DNA from: an uncultured delta proteobacterium
Lineage (GTDB): Bacteria; Desulfobacterota; Binatia; HRBIN30; BPIQ01
Assembly (NCBI GenBank): GCA_963761335.1
Contig: CAVXGR010000024.1
Span: 32,001 to 96,000 of the forward strand
Length of the DNA: 64,000 nt
Direction: 5' to 3'
Shown: positions 50,035-60,901 of the stretch, one piece after another
Numbering within the stretch: the first letter of the stretch is position 1
How the letters are laid out: each line of letters starts with the position of its first letter
Program-made: the position numbers and the translations under genes
Notes under the pieces: generated by a model
The model's input: the letters and a program-made list of their open reading frames with translations, nothing else
Told to the model about the DNA's origin: nothing
Databases searched by the model: none

Positions 50035-51048
50035 TCACAGCTGCCGGCGCGCCGCGGTCACCCGGCTGAGATACTCCGCGACCGTCGGCGGCGGGTCGGC
50101 GAAGACCACGGCGAAGGGCGCCGACTCTCCCGGCTGCAGGACGAGGGGCTTCGAGGGTTCGACGCGCCGCAGGATCTCGAGCTCGCGCAGCGTGAGATCC
50201 TGGAGCATGCGCTCGGTCAGAATACCGCCGCACGTGGTCACCTGGCTGCGCAGCTCGTTGGCGGTGCCGTCGAGCAGGGTCGCCTGGACCTGGATGCTGC
50301 GCAGCGGATGCGAGGCGGTATTGGTGGCGTTGCCGGAGACCACGAAGATGTCCTTGCCGCCCTTGACGCGCACGTAAGAGCCGGTGACGCCGGTGAGCGC
50401 CACCTTGCGAAAGAGGAGGCGGTCGGCGGCCATCGAGCTGCCGACCAGCGGAAGGGCGGAGACAAAGCGATCGGTGAGCTCGTAGTTGCTCATCAGGGCA
50501 CGCGCCACCAGATAGTAGATGCCGACGACGGCGAGAAAGAAGAGAAACACCGAGCGCAGCGAGGCGCGGCGGCGGCTCATGGCGCCATCGTCACCGGCGG
50601 CCTCCGCGGACTGCACCTCGTCATCGGCTTCGCCTCCCCGGGCGTTCTCCTCATCCTCGTCTTCATCCCCGTCCTCATCTTCGTCCTCGCCGTCCTCCTC
50701 CGCATCCTCACCAGCCTCCTCGAGGTCCAGCGCCGGGGCCGGGGTGTTGGCGGAGCGCGGCGCCTGCTCGTCGGCGGCATCGATCGAGAAGCTCTCTTCG
50801 GCCAGATCGAGGGGCAGCTCCCCCTGGCTTTCCTCCCATTCGGGGTCCTCGAATGAGAACGACAGCTCCTGCTCGCTCGGCGGCCGAGGCGGCTCCGCCT
50901 TCGCCTTGGCGCGCGGCTTCGATCGTTGTTTTCCCGGCACGGGAAATATATGACGGCAGCGCGAGCACTTCAGCATCGGGTTCGCGCCCGCCAAGCGGGA
51001 GTCGGCGAGGCGGAAGCGGGTGTTGCAGTATGGGCACTGAACGATCAC
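50035..51048 (-). CDS. Zinc-ribbon (MJ0042-type) / DUF3426-like membrane protein
   Basis: CPYC..CSRC finger, acidic linker, TM, C-terminal G..N..L.PGE..PF domain. Confidence 0.8.
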   Translation of the reverse strand: MIVQCPYCNTRFRLADSRLAGANPMLKCSRCRHIFPVPGKQRSKPRAKAKAEPPRPPSEQELSFSFEDPEWEESQGELPLDLAEESFSIDAADEQAPRSANTPAPALDLEEAGEDAEEDGEDEDEDGDEDEDEENARGGEADDEVQSAEAAGDDGAMSRRRASLRSVFLFFLAVVGIYYLVARALMSNYELTDRFVSALPLVGSSMAADRLLFRKVALTGVTGSYVRVKGGKDIFVVSGNATNTASHPLRSIQVQATLLDGTANELRSQVTTCGGILTERMLQDLTLRELEILRRVEPSKPLVLQPGESAPFAVVFADPPPTVAEYLSRVTAARRQL

Positions 51049-51064
51049 GCGGCAGGAGGATTCT

Positions 51065-51799
51065 ATGGCCGGAGAGGGAAAAAGCAAGATTGGGGCAGTT
51101 GCCGAGCTATCGGTGGTGCTCCCGGCCTTCAACGAGGAAGCGAACATCGAGCGCGTCGTCGGCGCGGTGATCGCCTATCTGGACGGTCTGGGCATCGACT
51201 ACGAGGTCGTCCCGGTGAACGACGGCAGCAAGGACGCGACCGGAGCCATCCTCGACCGGCTGGCGGCGGCGAACCCGCGGGTGCGGCCGCAGCATCATCC
51301 GGTGAACCGCGGCTACGGCGCGGCGCTGCGCACCGGTTTCGACGCCGCCGCCAAGCGCTTCGTATTCTACATGGACGGCGACGGGCAGTTCGACATCAAG
51401 GACCTCGACGTCATCCTGCCGCTGGCCACCGACGACGACCACATCGTCACCGGCTATCGCATCGAGCGCCGAGACCCTTTCGTGCGCAAGCTGAACGCCT
51501 TTCTCTTCGGCCGCAACCTGGTGCGCATCCTCCTCAACGTCAAGGTTCGCGACCTCAACTGCGCCTTCAAGCTGATTCCCAAAAAGGTGCTCGACAGCAT
51601 CACCCTGGAATCGACCGGAGCGCTGATCAACGCCGAGCTCTACGGCCGCGCCGTGCGCAAGGGGTTTCGAATCAAGGAGGTCGGCGTACACCACTATCCG
51701 CGCGAGGCCGGGGTGCAGACGGGAGCCCACCTGAGCGTCATCGCGCGGGCGTTCTACGATCTCTTCCGCCTGCGCCAGAAGATCGTCAAGGAAGGCTGA
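51065..51799 (+). CDS. GT2 polyprenol-phosphate glycosyltransferase (DPM1-like)
   Basis: PAFNEE, NDGS, NRGYG, DGDGQF, D.NCAFK. Confidence 0.88.
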   Translation: MAGEGKSKIGAVAELSVVLPAFNEEANIERVVGAVIAYLDGLGIDYEVVPVNDGSKDATGAILDRLAAANPRVRPQHHPVNRGYGAALRTGFDAAAKRFVFYMDGDGQFDIKDLDVILPLATDDDHIVTGYRIERRDPFVRKLNAFLFGRNLVRILLNVKVRDLNCAFKLIPKKVLDSITLESTGALINAELYGRAVRKGFRIKEVGVHHYPREAGVQTGAHLSVIARAFYDLFRLRQKIVKEG

Positions 51800-51817
51800 C
51801 GGACGGACGCCGCGCTC

Positions 51818-54586
51818 TCACTGGCGCGGCAGGTTATGTGGCGGCACCTCGGATGGCGTGCCGCCGCCGGGCGGCTCGTTCTCCTCCGCCCGCGGCTGAT
51901 TGCGCGCCTGTGACTCGGGCGCCGAGAACTTCTGCACGCGGTGGTTCAAGGTGTCGGTCACGTAGACCGCGCCGTTGGCGTCGACGGCGATACCGATGGG
52001 GCGGTTGAACTGGCCGCGGCCGGTGCCGCTGCTGCCCCAGACTCCGGCGAGGCTGCGGCTGCCGGTGTAGAGGGCGAAGCGGTGGTTGAAGGAGTCGGTG
52101 ACGTAGATCATGTTGCCCCAGGGCGCCAGGTAGGGCTCGCTGTAGAACTCCTCCCAGCCGAAGACCTGCCACTCCTGCTTGAAATTCCCTTCGGCGTCGA
52201 AGAACTGCAGCCGGCGGTTGCCGGTATCGGCGACGATCACGCGTCCCTGGTCGTCCACGGCGATGCCCACGGGCTCGATGAACTCCCCGGACTTGGTGCC
52301 TTCCTTGCCCCAGGAGCGCAGGCGCTTGCCGTCGGGCGTGTAGGCGAGCACGCGCTTGTTGCCGGTATCGGTCACGTACACCGTGCCGTCGGCGGCGACG
52401 GCGACGCCGCGCGGGCCCCAGAAGCCTGGATTCTCCTCGTGCCACTCGAGGAGGAAGGTGCCGTTGCCGTCGAACTTCTGAATGCGATGGTTCCAGGTGT
52501 CGGCGACGTAGACGCTGCCGTCGGGCGCCAGGGCGATGCCGCCCGGATCCTGGAACTCGCCCTGTCCGCTGCCCTTCTTGCCCCAGACGGTGATCGGCTG
52601 GCCGTTGGGGCCGAGCTTCTGAATGCGGTCGTTTTTGCTGTCGACGACGTAGACGTTGTAGTTGCGGTCGACGGCGATGCCGCGCGGCTCGTTGAACTCA
52701 CCGGGCTGGGCTCCGGGGCCGCCCCACACTGCCTCGGCGGTGAGCGCCCCCGGCTGGCGCGGATAGGTGCGCGCTGCCGGCGGCGGGTTCACGGCGATGC
52801 GCTCGAAGCTCATGCCCTTGGTGAGATCCTTGTGAACGAAGAGCAGGGCGTCGCTCGAGCCGGTGCCGCTCCAGGCGATGCGGGTGAACAGCCAGCGCAT
52901 CAGCTTCGGCAGGGTGATGTTCTTCCAGTCGGGCTCCCACCAGCCGCGAATCTCGAACACCTCGCGCGTGTACTTCTCGGCGAGCGGCTTGTCGAGGGCG
53001 GTGTTCTCCTTGTCGACGATCACCACCGGCGTGTCGACGAAGCGCACGTCCCCGGCCCAGTTGACCGGATAGTGGCGCAGGTACCAGCTGAAGGGCCAGG
53101 TGGCATTGCCGGTGACCGCGAGCCGCGTCTGCGTTCCGGTGCCGAGCTCCTCGCCCACCTCGCGGATCTTGTCCATCACCTTGATCACGTCGTACGTCGA
53201 TTGCACGTAGACCAGCATCTCGGCGTGGCGGCTGTCCTTCGGCTCACTCGGGTAGGGGGCCTCGTAGAGATAGTTGGCGGCGACCATCGTCCACAGGGTG
53301 AGGGCGCCGACGGCGACGACTGGCACCATTGTCCCCGGATTGCGGAAGGAGCCCGACTCGACGAGACGGCCGAAGAAGTAGCCGGCGAGGATCGCCAGGG
53401 GAACCACCTGCGGGACCAGAAGCCAGGGGACTTTCTCCTGCGCCCATGCGTAGATGCAGACCGAGCCGATGGCCCAGACGACGGTGAAGCGAATGAAGCG
53501 GTTGGGGAGCCACTTGGTGGCCACCGAGACGATGGCGAGGGCGAACACCGCGACCAGCAGGAGGCCGGGGTGTGCCGGCCAGCGGAAGAGGGCCACGGCG
53601 AAGCCGATCAGCGCCGCCACCGCGGCGTAGGCCAGATAGCGCCCGAGCTTGTCGCGGAAAGGAGTGAACAGCAGCGGCCCGAGCAACATCGCCCCGACGG
53701 CGAAGACGATGAGCGGCTCGTAGAGCACCAACTGCGGCACGTAGTACCACCACGGACCGCCGATGCGGCGAATCTGCTGCTGGCCGAGCCAGTAGCCCAG
53801 CGCCCGGCGCACCGGATTCCAGTTCTCCGGATGGGTCGTGAAGGAGGTGTAGAACAGCAGGCCGATGCCGAGAAAGATGACCAGACTGGTGATCAGAGGC
53901 AGCCAGGCGCGGCCGAAGAAGCCGAGGGTCTCGCCCCAGGCGGCGCGCGCCGCTTCCTTGCGATTGGGAGCCGCGAGAACCTCCCAGACGAGCATGGCGG
54001 CGAAGCCGAGGAGAAACAGCGGGGTCAGCAGGTAGAGGTCTTCCTTGGTGCTGAAGGCGAGCCCAAAGGCGACGGCGCTGCCGTACAGATAGCGCGCCTG
54101 GCGCGTCTCGCCATAGCGAAAGACCCAGTAGACCGCGGCCAGGTTGCAGAGCGCCAAATAGATGTCGTGGCGGAGAAAGCGGCTGAAATAGAGCGTCGAG
54201 GGGGAGAAGGTGAGGAGAATCAGGAAGCACAGGGCTCCCCAGCGCCCGATGTAGCGGCGCAGCGGCCAGGCAAAGGCGAGCACGCCCATGCCGAAGAGAG
54301 CGGCGCTCAGGCGACAGGTGAAGTCGCTGTCGCCGAATATCCACATGATCAGGGCCGTCGAGTAGTAGAGCAGCGGCCCGTGGTAGACCGGATCGTACTT
54401 GTAGTCGCTCAGCCCGGACTGGGTGATCTTCCAGGAGAAGAATGCGTGGATCGACTCGTCGTGATGCAGCGGTTTCTGCTGCAAGAGGAACAGGCGCAGA
54501 AAGAGCGCTGTGAGCAGCAGTGCCGCGTACAGAATCTGCTCCAGGGTGAAGCGTCCAAGTTTGCGGTCGAGCGCGCTCTCTGCCAT
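51818..54586 (-). CDS. TIGR03663/Agl23-like GT-C membrane protein fused to an NHL-repeat beta-propeller
   Basis: LHHDE..HA..YDPVYHGP, SRFLRHD, KE, WPFSWYLR; about 6 NHL repeats (P.GIAVD..YV.DT.N.RIQ). Confidence 0.8.
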   Translation of the reverse strand: MAESALDRKLGRFTLEQILYAALLLTALFLRLFLLQQKPLHHDESIHAFFSWKITQSGLSDYKYDPVYHGPLLYYSTALIMWIFGDSDFTCRLSAALFGMGVLAFAWPLRRYIGRWGALCFLILLTFSPSTLYFSRFLRHDIYLALCNLAAVYWVFRYGETRQARYLYGSAVAFGLAFSTKEDLYLLTPLFLLGFAAMLVWEVLAAPNRKEAARAAWGETLGFFGRAWLPLITSLVIFLGIGLLFYTSFTTHPENWNPVRRALGYWLGQQQIRRIGGPWWYYVPQLVLYEPLIVFAVGAMLLGPLLFTPFRDKLGRYLAYAAVAALIGFAVALFRWPAHPGLLLVAVFALAIVSVATKWLPNRFIRFTVVWAIGSVCIYAWAQEKVPWLLVPQVVPLAILAGYFFGRLVESGSFRNPGTMVPVVAVGALTLWTMVAANYLYEAPYPSEPKDSRHAEMLVYVQSTYDVIKVMDKIREVGEELGTGTQTRLAVTGNATWPFSWYLRHYPVNWAGDVRFVDTPVVIVDKENTALDKPLAEKYTREVFEIRGWWEPDWKNITLPKLMRWLFTRIAWSGTGSSDALLFVHKDLTKGMSFERIAVNPPPAARTYPRQPGALTAEAVWGGPGAQPGEFNEPRGIAVDRNYNVYVVDSKNDRIQKLGPNGQPITVWGKKGSGQGEFQDPGGIALAPDGSVYVADTWNHRIQKFDGNGTFLLEWHEENPGFWGPRGVAVAADGTVYVTDTGNKRVLAYTPDGKRLRSWGKEGTKSGEFIEPVGIAVDDQGRVIVADTGNRRLQFFDAEGNFKQEWQVFGWEEFYSEPYLAPWGNMIYVTDSFNHRFALYTGSRSLAGVWGSSGTGRGQFNRPIGIAVDANGAVYVTDTLNHRVQKFSAPESQARNQPRAEENEPPGGGTPSEVPPHNLPRQ

Positions 54587-54753
54587 AGGGTCGTCTGCGT
54601 CAGGCTCAGCCTTGATCCGACAAAAGCGAGGTTCCTATATGGCGAGTTTGCACAAGTCAACCGAGCCCGAAGGGCGCGGGACCGCGGGTGGCCCGGCGGC
54701 GGCGATCCTCGCGTCCCGCGTCCGGGATTGAGAACGGAGCCCGCTGCCGCCCT

Positions 54754-55512
54754 ATGCGAACCGTCCTCTTCCTCCTTCCCGTGTACAACGAGGAGGCCCG
54801 ACTCGACACCCTCCTGGACCGCATCCGCGACACCATGACGGCGCAGGGGCTTGCCTACCGCATCGTCGCGGTCGACGACGGCAGCCGGGACGGTAGCCCT
54901 GCCATCCTGGCGCGGCGGAAGGCCGATCTGCCCCTCGAGGTGGTCACCCACCGCTTCAACCGGGGCCTCGGCGAGACCGTGCGCGATGGCCTGGAGTGGG
55001 TCGCCGACAACGCCGGCCCCGAGGACGTGGTGATCACCATGGACGCCGACGACACCCACGACCCGGCCTACGTAAAGGCGATGCTCGACACCATGGACCG
55101 CGGTCTCGACGTGGTCATCGGCTCGCGGTTTCAGCCGGGGTCGGAGGTCAAAGGCGTGCCCGGACACCGGCAGACCTTCAGCGTCGGCGCCAACGGGCTG
55201 CTGCGCGTCTTTCTGCGCATCCCGGGCGTGGTGGACTATGCTTGCGGCTTCCGCGCCATCCGCGCCGACCTGATCCGCCGCGCCGTCCTCCAGCTCGGCA
55301 ACCGCATGGTGGAGCTCGGCAACTGGGGATTCATCTGCACCGCCGAGCTGCTCTGGAAGCTGAGCTTCTTCGGAGCCCGCTGCGGCGAGGTGCCGTTCAC
55401 CCTGCGCTACGATCTCAAGCAGGGGCCGAGCAAGATGCGGCCGTTGCGCACCATCTTCGGCTACGGCCTGCTGATCTGGCACAGCTGGGTGGCGCGTCCG
55501 GCGGTCGGATGA
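54754..55512 (+). CDS. GT2 polyprenol-phosphate glycosyltransferase
   Basis: PVYNEE, DDGS, MDADDTH, GSRF, CGFRA. Confidence 0.88.
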   Translation: MRTVLFLLPVYNEEARLDTLLDRIRDTMTAQGLAYRIVAVDDGSRDGSPAILARRKADLPLEVVTHRFNRGLGETVRDGLEWVADNAGPEDVVITMDADDTHDPAYVKAMLDTMDRGLDVVIGSRFQPGSEVKGVPGHRQTFSVGANGLLRVFLRIPGVVDYACGFRAIRADLIRRAVLQLGNRMVELGNWGFICTAELLWKLSFFGARCGEVPFTLRYDLKQGPSKMRPLRTIFGYGLLIWHSWVARPAVG

Positions 55513-55557
55513 GCGGGCGCGGCATCAACGTCTTTTTCCCTTCAGGAGAATCGAAAC

Positions 55558-58221
55558 GTGGTCGATAGTCGTTACCTCCGCGACGACGGCTGGCTGCAGC
55601 GCGTCCTGCTCGCGGCCATCCTGGTGCTGGCCGCGGTGCTGCGGATCTACAACCTGCGCGATCTTCCCGCCGGCCTCTTCTGCGACGAGGCGGCCCTCGG
55701 GTACAACTCGTGGGCCGTCCTGCACTACGGCATCAGCGAGAACGGCCAGCACTGGCCGCTCTTCTTCTGGTCCTTCGGCGGCTACAAGGATCCCGTCTAC
55801 ATCTACTCCGCCATGCTCCCCATCGGGGTGCTCGGCCTGAACGAGTTCAGCCTGCGACTCACCTCGGCGCTCTTCGGCATCGGCACGGTGGCGGGCACGT
55901 ACTACCTCGGCCGCGCCCTCTTCGGCGTGTGGGTCGGCCTGTGGGCGGCCCTGTTGCTGGCCGTCTGCCCCTGGCATCTGCACTTCAGTCGCATCGCTTT
56001 CGAGCTCATCTCCTTCCCGTTCCTGTTCGTGATCGGCATGGTGTTCCTCATCCGCTTCACTCAGGGACGCTGGACGTTGCCGCTGGCGTTCTTCTTCTTC
56101 GGCGCCTGTCTCTATGCCTACGCCGTGGCAAAGCTCTTCGTTCCGCTCTTTCTCATCGGCTTCGGCCTGCTCTACCTGCCGACGGTGTGGCGCCGCTGGA
56201 GGGAGTGGCTGGTCGCCGTGCCGGTGCTGCTGCTGACGGTGGCGCCGGTCGTCTACTTCGACGAGATCCACAAGCAGGGCGCCCAGTACTTCTACAACAC
56301 CACCATCCTCCAGCCGGGACGCTCGCTCGCCGAGCTCGCCCGGATCTTCTTCAACAACTACCTGCAGTTCGTCTCGCCGCGCTTTCTCTTCGAGCAGGGC
56401 GACAACATCACCCGCCACGCGGTGCGCGGGCACGGCGAGCTCTATCCGTTCTTCGCGCCCTTCTTGCTGATCGGCACCCTGGTGCTGCTGCTGCGGCGCG
56501 ACCGCGGCAGCAAGCTGATTCTCTGGTGGCTGCTGCTCTATCCGGTCGGCGCCAGCCTGATGAACGAGGTCCCGAGCGCCTCGCGCGGCTTCATCGGCGT
56601 CGTCGCCTTCTGCATGATTGCCGCGGTCGGCCTTGCCGCCGTGCTGCGCGCCATCGGCTGGATCGCCTACTGGCGCCCGCTGCGCCTGGGACTGCAGGCC
56701 GCCGCCGTCGCGGCGCTCGGCTGGATCGTCGCCTATCCCCAGGTCGCCCACTACATGGACCTGTACTTCAACGAGTACGTCAAGTATTCGGCGCCGACCT
56801 ACGGTGGCTTTCAGTACGGCTATCGCGACGTCATCCACTACATGGACGGGGAGCGCGACAAGTACCCCTTGATGATGCTCACCGCGACCGAGGTGAACCA
56901 GCCCTACATCTTTGCGCTCTTCTACGGAAAGCGGGACCCGCGGGAGTTCTCCCGCTCTTTCTATCCCGGATACCTGATCCTCGATCCGGCGGAGTACCGC
57001 CGCTACTCGATGGACAAGCCGATCCTCTATTCGCTGCGCGAGCAGGACCTGACGTACTTCTCCGACTACGACGTGAAGAAGAAGATCGTCGCTCCAGGGG
57101 GCCAGCTGGAGTTCATCATCGCCGAGGTGCGCGCCCGCAAGCAGTTCATCACCGACTGGCTGACCCTCGGGCTCTTCAACAACAGGCACGGCGCCGGCAT
57201 GAACCAGGACTTCATCGACGTGCACAACATCTCGAAGCGGCGCTACAAGGGCGCCTTCGGCGAGATCTACTGGCGGCCGCTCTCCCCGCAGTTCATCCGC
57301 ATCGACCTGAACCAGTTCTATGCGACCCAGGACCCCGAGCACCCGGGCAACCCCGAGGAGGTGTGTGCCTATGCGCTGACCGTGGCCGACGTGCCCACGG
57401 CGCGCAAGGCGGTGCTGGAGATGGGCGGCTCGGACGACGCCGGCACCGTTTGGCTGAACGGGGTTTCGCTGACGCCGTCGCCGCAGCGCTTCGGGCATCC
57501 GGTGAAGCGCCGGCCCGTCGAGCTCACCGCCGGCGAGAACACGCTGATCGTCAAGAGCTGCGAGAACATCGGCTCGTGGTACTTCACGGCGCGGCTCACC
57601 GATCCGCAGGGCAACGACATGCCCGATGTGCGCTTCCGCGCCGAGATTCCCACCGAGCCGCCGCCGGCGGCGGAGCCACCGCCGAAGGCCTCGGATCTGC
57701 AGGTGATCGAGGGCTTCTCCGGAGTGAAGACCTTTCGCCACACCCAGGACAGCTATCCCGATTACCGCGGCGGCACGCGCTCGTGGTGGGCCTATACGCG
57801 CGACAACGAAGCGGAGGTCTCCTGGGAGACGGCGCCGGCGCCGGCGAAGAAGCCCACGGCTGTGGTGTTCACCGGCTCCATGGGCGAGCAGGAGGGCAAA
57901 TGGGAGCTGTGGGTGAACGGCCGCTACGTCCTCGATTTCGAGACCGGAGCTTCCTTCAGCAACCGCACCTGGGAGCGCGGACCCTATCGCATGAGCTTCG
58001 TCTCGAGACAGATGGTCTCCGGCAACTCGGGCATGTTCGTGCTCACGGTGCCGGAGTCGGCGGTCGAGCCCGGACAGCCGCTGGAGCTGCGGGTGGTGCC
58101 GGCACAGGGCGATGACAACAGCTGGTTCATGATCAAGGGGTACCCGGATACCGCCGCTTTTGAGCACGTCACCCCGGAGAGCGTCGAGGCGGTGGGCAAA
58201 TCCGACTGGCAGGAAGGCTGA
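55558..58221 (+). CDS. GT-C (ArnT/PMT-like) membrane glycosyltransferase with C-terminal beta-sandwich domains
   Basis: FCDEA in the first loop, P.HLHFSR, many TMs; GSDD..VWLNG..L.AGEN.L.VK module. Confidence 0.78.
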   Translation: MVDSRYLRDDGWLQRVLLAAILVLAAVLRIYNLRDLPAGLFCDEAALGYNSWAVLHYGISENGQHWPLFFWSFGGYKDPVYIYSAMLPIGVLGLNEFSLRLTSALFGIGTVAGTYYLGRALFGVWVGLWAALLLAVCPWHLHFSRIAFELISFPFLFVIGMVFLIRFTQGRWTLPLAFFFFGACLYAYAVAKLFVPLFLIGFGLLYLPTVWRRWREWLVAVPVLLLTVAPVVYFDEIHKQGAQYFYNTTILQPGRSLAELARIFFNNYLQFVSPRFLFEQGDNITRHAVRGHGELYPFFAPFLLIGTLVLLLRRDRGSKLILWWLLLYPVGASLMNEVPSASRGFIGVVAFCMIAAVGLAAVLRAIGWIAYWRPLRLGLQAAAVAALGWIVAYPQVAHYMDLYFNEYVKYSAPTYGGFQYGYRDVIHYMDGERDKYPLMMLTATEVNQPYIFALFYGKRDPREFSRSFYPGYLILDPAEYRRYSMDKPILYSLREQDLTYFSDYDVKKKIVAPGGQLEFIIAEVRARKQFITDWLTLGLFNNRHGAGMNQDFIDVHNISKRRYKGAFGEIYWRPLSPQFIRIDLNQFYATQDPEHPGNPEEVCAYALTVADVPTARKAVLEMGGSDDAGTVWLNGVSLTPSPQRFGHPVKRRPVELTAGENTLIVKSCENIGSWYFTARLTDPQGNDMPDVRFRAEIPTEPPPAAEPPPKASDLQVIEGFSGVKTFRHTQDSYPDYRGGTRSWWAYTRDNEAEVSWETAPAPAKKPTAVVFTGSMGEQEGKWELWVNGRYVLDFETGASFSNRTWERGPYRMSFVSRQMVSGNSGMFVLTVPESAVEPGQPLELRVVPAQGDDNSWFMIKGYPDTAAFEHVTPESVEAVGKSDWQEG

Positions 58222-58228
58222 CCCGGGG

Positions 58229-59164
58229 ATGTATCGCGGGGCTCGCCTCGCCGCGGTCGTGCCGGCCCACAACGAGGCCGCGCATGTCGGACCGCTGCTG
58301 CGGCAGATGCCGGAGTACGTCGACCGCATCATCGTGGTCGACGACGGCAGCGACGACGGCACCGGAGATGCGGCCCGCCAGGTTGGCGATGCGCGCGTGC
58401 AGGTGATCCGCCACGACACCGCCCGTGGCGTCGGCGGCGCCACCGTCGCCGGCATGAAGGCAGCTCTCGGCGACGGCTGCGAGCTGATCGTCAAGGTCGA
58501 CGGCGACGGCCAGATGGACCCCCAGCACCTGCCGCTGCTGCTGGACCCCCTGGTGAACGACGGCTACGGCTACGCCAAGGGCAATCGCTTTCTGCAACCC
58601 GAGGCCCTGCGGCAGATGCCCCGCCTGCGACTTTTCGGCAACTTCCTGCTGACCTTTCTCACCAAGCTGTCGTCGGGGTACTGGCACCTCTTCGACCCCC
58701 AGAACGGCTACGTGGCGGCGCGCAGCAGCGTTCTCGTCCAGCTGCAGCTCGACCGCCTGGCACGCGGCTTCTTCTTCGAGAACGACATGCTCATTCACCT
58801 CAACGTGCTCAACGTGCGCGTCAAGGACGTCGCCCTGCCGGCGCTCTACGGCGACGAGGTGTCATCGCTGCGCATCAACCGCATTCTCCTGACTTTCCCC
58901 TACTATCTGTTCCGCGGCCTGTGGTTTCGCCTCTACGAGAAATACATCCTGCGCGATTTTTCTCCGATCGCGGTGTTCTGGTGTCTGGGGGCGCCGCTGA
59001 TGATCTTCGGCGGCCTGATCGGGGTGATCACGTGGGCGCACTCGCTGATCAGCGGCCAGCCGGCTGCCACCGGCACGGTGATGCTGAGCGTGCTGCCGTT
59101 TCTGATCGGCTTCGAGCTGATCCTGCAGGCGATCATTCTGGAGATCCGCGAGTCGCCCTCATGA
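58229..59164 (+). CDS. GT2 glycosyltransferase with C-terminal TM helices
   Basis: PAHNE, DDGS, DGDGQMDP, KGNRF, DPQNGY. Confidence 0.88.
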   Translation: MYRGARLAAVVPAHNEAAHVGPLLRQMPEYVDRIIVVDDGSDDGTGDAARQVGDARVQVIRHDTARGVGGATVAGMKAALGDGCELIVKVDGDGQMDPQHLPLLLDPLVNDGYGYAKGNRFLQPEALRQMPRLRLFGNFLLTFLTKLSSGYWHLFDPQNGYVAARSSVLVQLQLDRLARGFFFENDMLIHLNVLNVRVKDVALPALYGDEVSSLRINRILLTFPYYLFRGLWFRLYEKYILRDFSPIAVFWCLGAPLMIFGGLIGVITWAHSLISGQPAATGTVMLSVLPFLIGFELILQAIILEIRESPS

Positions 59165-60741
59165 GGGGTCTCGACTGGAGGCTGCCTCTGCTGGTCGTCG
59201 CGGCGGGATCGCTGGCGTACTTCGCGTTCTACTTCGACGAGAAGCTCTGGCAGCCGAGCGTCGATCTGGCCTGGGCAGTCGCCTCGCTGGGGCTGCTCGG
59301 GGCTCTCTGGCGGCGCGAGCCGCGCGCCGTGCCGCGGCTGCCGCAGCCCGTTTGGTTCTACGCCCTGTACGTCGCCGCGCTGCTTCCCTTTGCCACCAAC
59401 TGGCGCTGGGCGATGACCGCCGACAACCTGAGCTGGCCGCTGGGCGGGCTGACGGTCGCCGAGCACGGTCCGACGCGGAGCCTGCTGTCCGCCAACGGCG
59501 CCGACAACTTCGGCTATCTGCAGATGATGCTGCACGACATCTTCATGTTCGTCGTGTCGCCCACCATGTTCTGGCACCGCGTCGGCAAGATCGTGGTCGG
59601 CGTGTGCGCTCTGGCCGCCGTGTACTCCGCCTTCGCCCGCCTGGTGGCGCCTCGCTTCGGGCTTCTGGTCGCCGCCTGCGCCGCCACCACCTCGGTGTGG
59701 ATCGTCTACACGTACGCCAGCGTGCCGTTCATGGACGGTATCGCCATGGGCTACGCAATCCTCGCGGTGGGGCTGTGGGTGCGGCGCGAGCCGAACGCCC
59801 GTACCCCCTGGCTGGTGCTCGGTTGGCTCAGCGGCTTCATGCTCTTTCTCACCCCCAACGGATGGTTCATCGCCATCTGCGTGTGGGCCTGGCTCGGCCC
59901 GCAGGTGCTCTTCCGCCGTTGGAAGATCGGACCGCCAGCGCTCGCCATCGCCGTGGCTCTGGTCACCGGGCTGCCCATGCTGATTCAGTGGAGCCAGGGG
60001 GGGGGCGGGCAGCTCTTCTCGCTGGTGCAGCACCCGGGCTGGACGCAGGAGAAGGTGATTGGCTTCCTGCGCGAGGCTGCCTACATTCCCTTCGACTCGC
60101 CCATTCAGGGCGCCGGCGCTTTCGGCCCACAGCTGCCGCAGTATTTTCGCTGGCTCTTCATCCCGGGAATTCTGCTCACGCCAATCTTTGCCCGCCGTTT
60201 TCCCGGCGCGCGGCTCATCTTTGCGTTCTACGTCGTGCAGGTGCTGCTGCTGGCGTTCGCTCAGGGACCGTACGCCTCGGTCTCCGTGAAGCGGGCCCTG
60301 ATCATCATCCCGATGGCGACCTACTTCGTCTTCCTGCCGTTCCACCGATGGTTGCGGTCCCTGGCGGTGGTGCTGCCGATCATTGCCATCTGGGCCTCGT
60401 TCGGCATCTACGACGTGGCGGCGCGGATGCAGCCCGGACGCACCGGCTACAACTTCCTCGACGGCGTCATCGAAGCGGACCAGCGGTTCGCCGACGCTCC
60501 CGTCTGCATCTACGTGAGCAAGCCGGGCTACACCGGCCATTTCGCCCCGGGCACACCCGTCGATCGGCTCTTTGGCCTGTCGCCGCATGTGCAGATCGTC
60601 GACGACCTGCAGGCGCCCGCCTGCGCCAGAACCCTCTGCTACCAACCCCAGATCGACCACCCGAATCTCGCCGCCCTGGGCTACCGGGAGGTGCCCATCG
60701 AAGGCAGCGTCGAGCTGCGCTGCGGCCGCCGCAGCCAGTGA
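59161..60741 (+). CDS. Multi-TM membrane protein, probable GT-C fold
   Basis: About 12 hydrophobic segments, acidic residue (TADN) in the first large loop, ATGA overlap with the GT2 gene. Confidence 0.55.
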   Translation: MRGLDWRLPLLVVAAGSLAYFAFYFDEKLWQPSVDLAWAVASLGLLGALWRREPRAVPRLPQPVWFYALYVAALLPFATNWRWAMTADNLSWPLGGLTVAEHGPTRSLLSANGADNFGYLQMMLHDIFMFVVSPTMFWHRVGKIVVGVCALAAVYSAFARLVAPRFGLLVAACAATTSVWIVYTYASVPFMDGIAMGYAILAVGLWVRREPNARTPWLVLGWLSGFMLFLTPNGWFIAICVWAWLGPQVLFRRWKIGPPALAIAVALVTGLPMLIQWSQGGGGQLFSLVQHPGWTQEKVIGFLREAAYIPFDSPIQGAGAFGPQLPQYFRWLFIPGILLTPIFARRFPGARLIFAFYVVQVLLLAFAQGPYASVSVKRALIIIPMATYFVFLPFHRWLRSLAVVLPIIAIWASFGIYDVAARMQPGRTGYNFLDGVIEADQRFADAPVCIYVSKPGYTGHFAPGTPVDRLFGLSPHVQIVDDLQAPACARTLCYQPQIDHPNLAALGYREVPIEGSVELRCGRRSQ

Positions 60742-60901
60742 CCCGGCTGAATTTCGCGCCTTGACAAGGTGAATTCAACGTGGTTACGAGGCGATTCAAT
60801 TGTTGCGTTAGAAGTGCGCGATAGGCTGTCGAGTGGCCCTGCGGGCGACGGTTTCCGTTGCGGCGGCGCTCGGCGAAGACTGGACTGACCAAAGGAGGTG
60901 G

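Noticed and set aside
60761..60795. Sigma70 promoter starting at TTGACA (60761)
   Set aside because: The -35 box is perfect but there is no convincing -10 hexamer at 16-18 nt.
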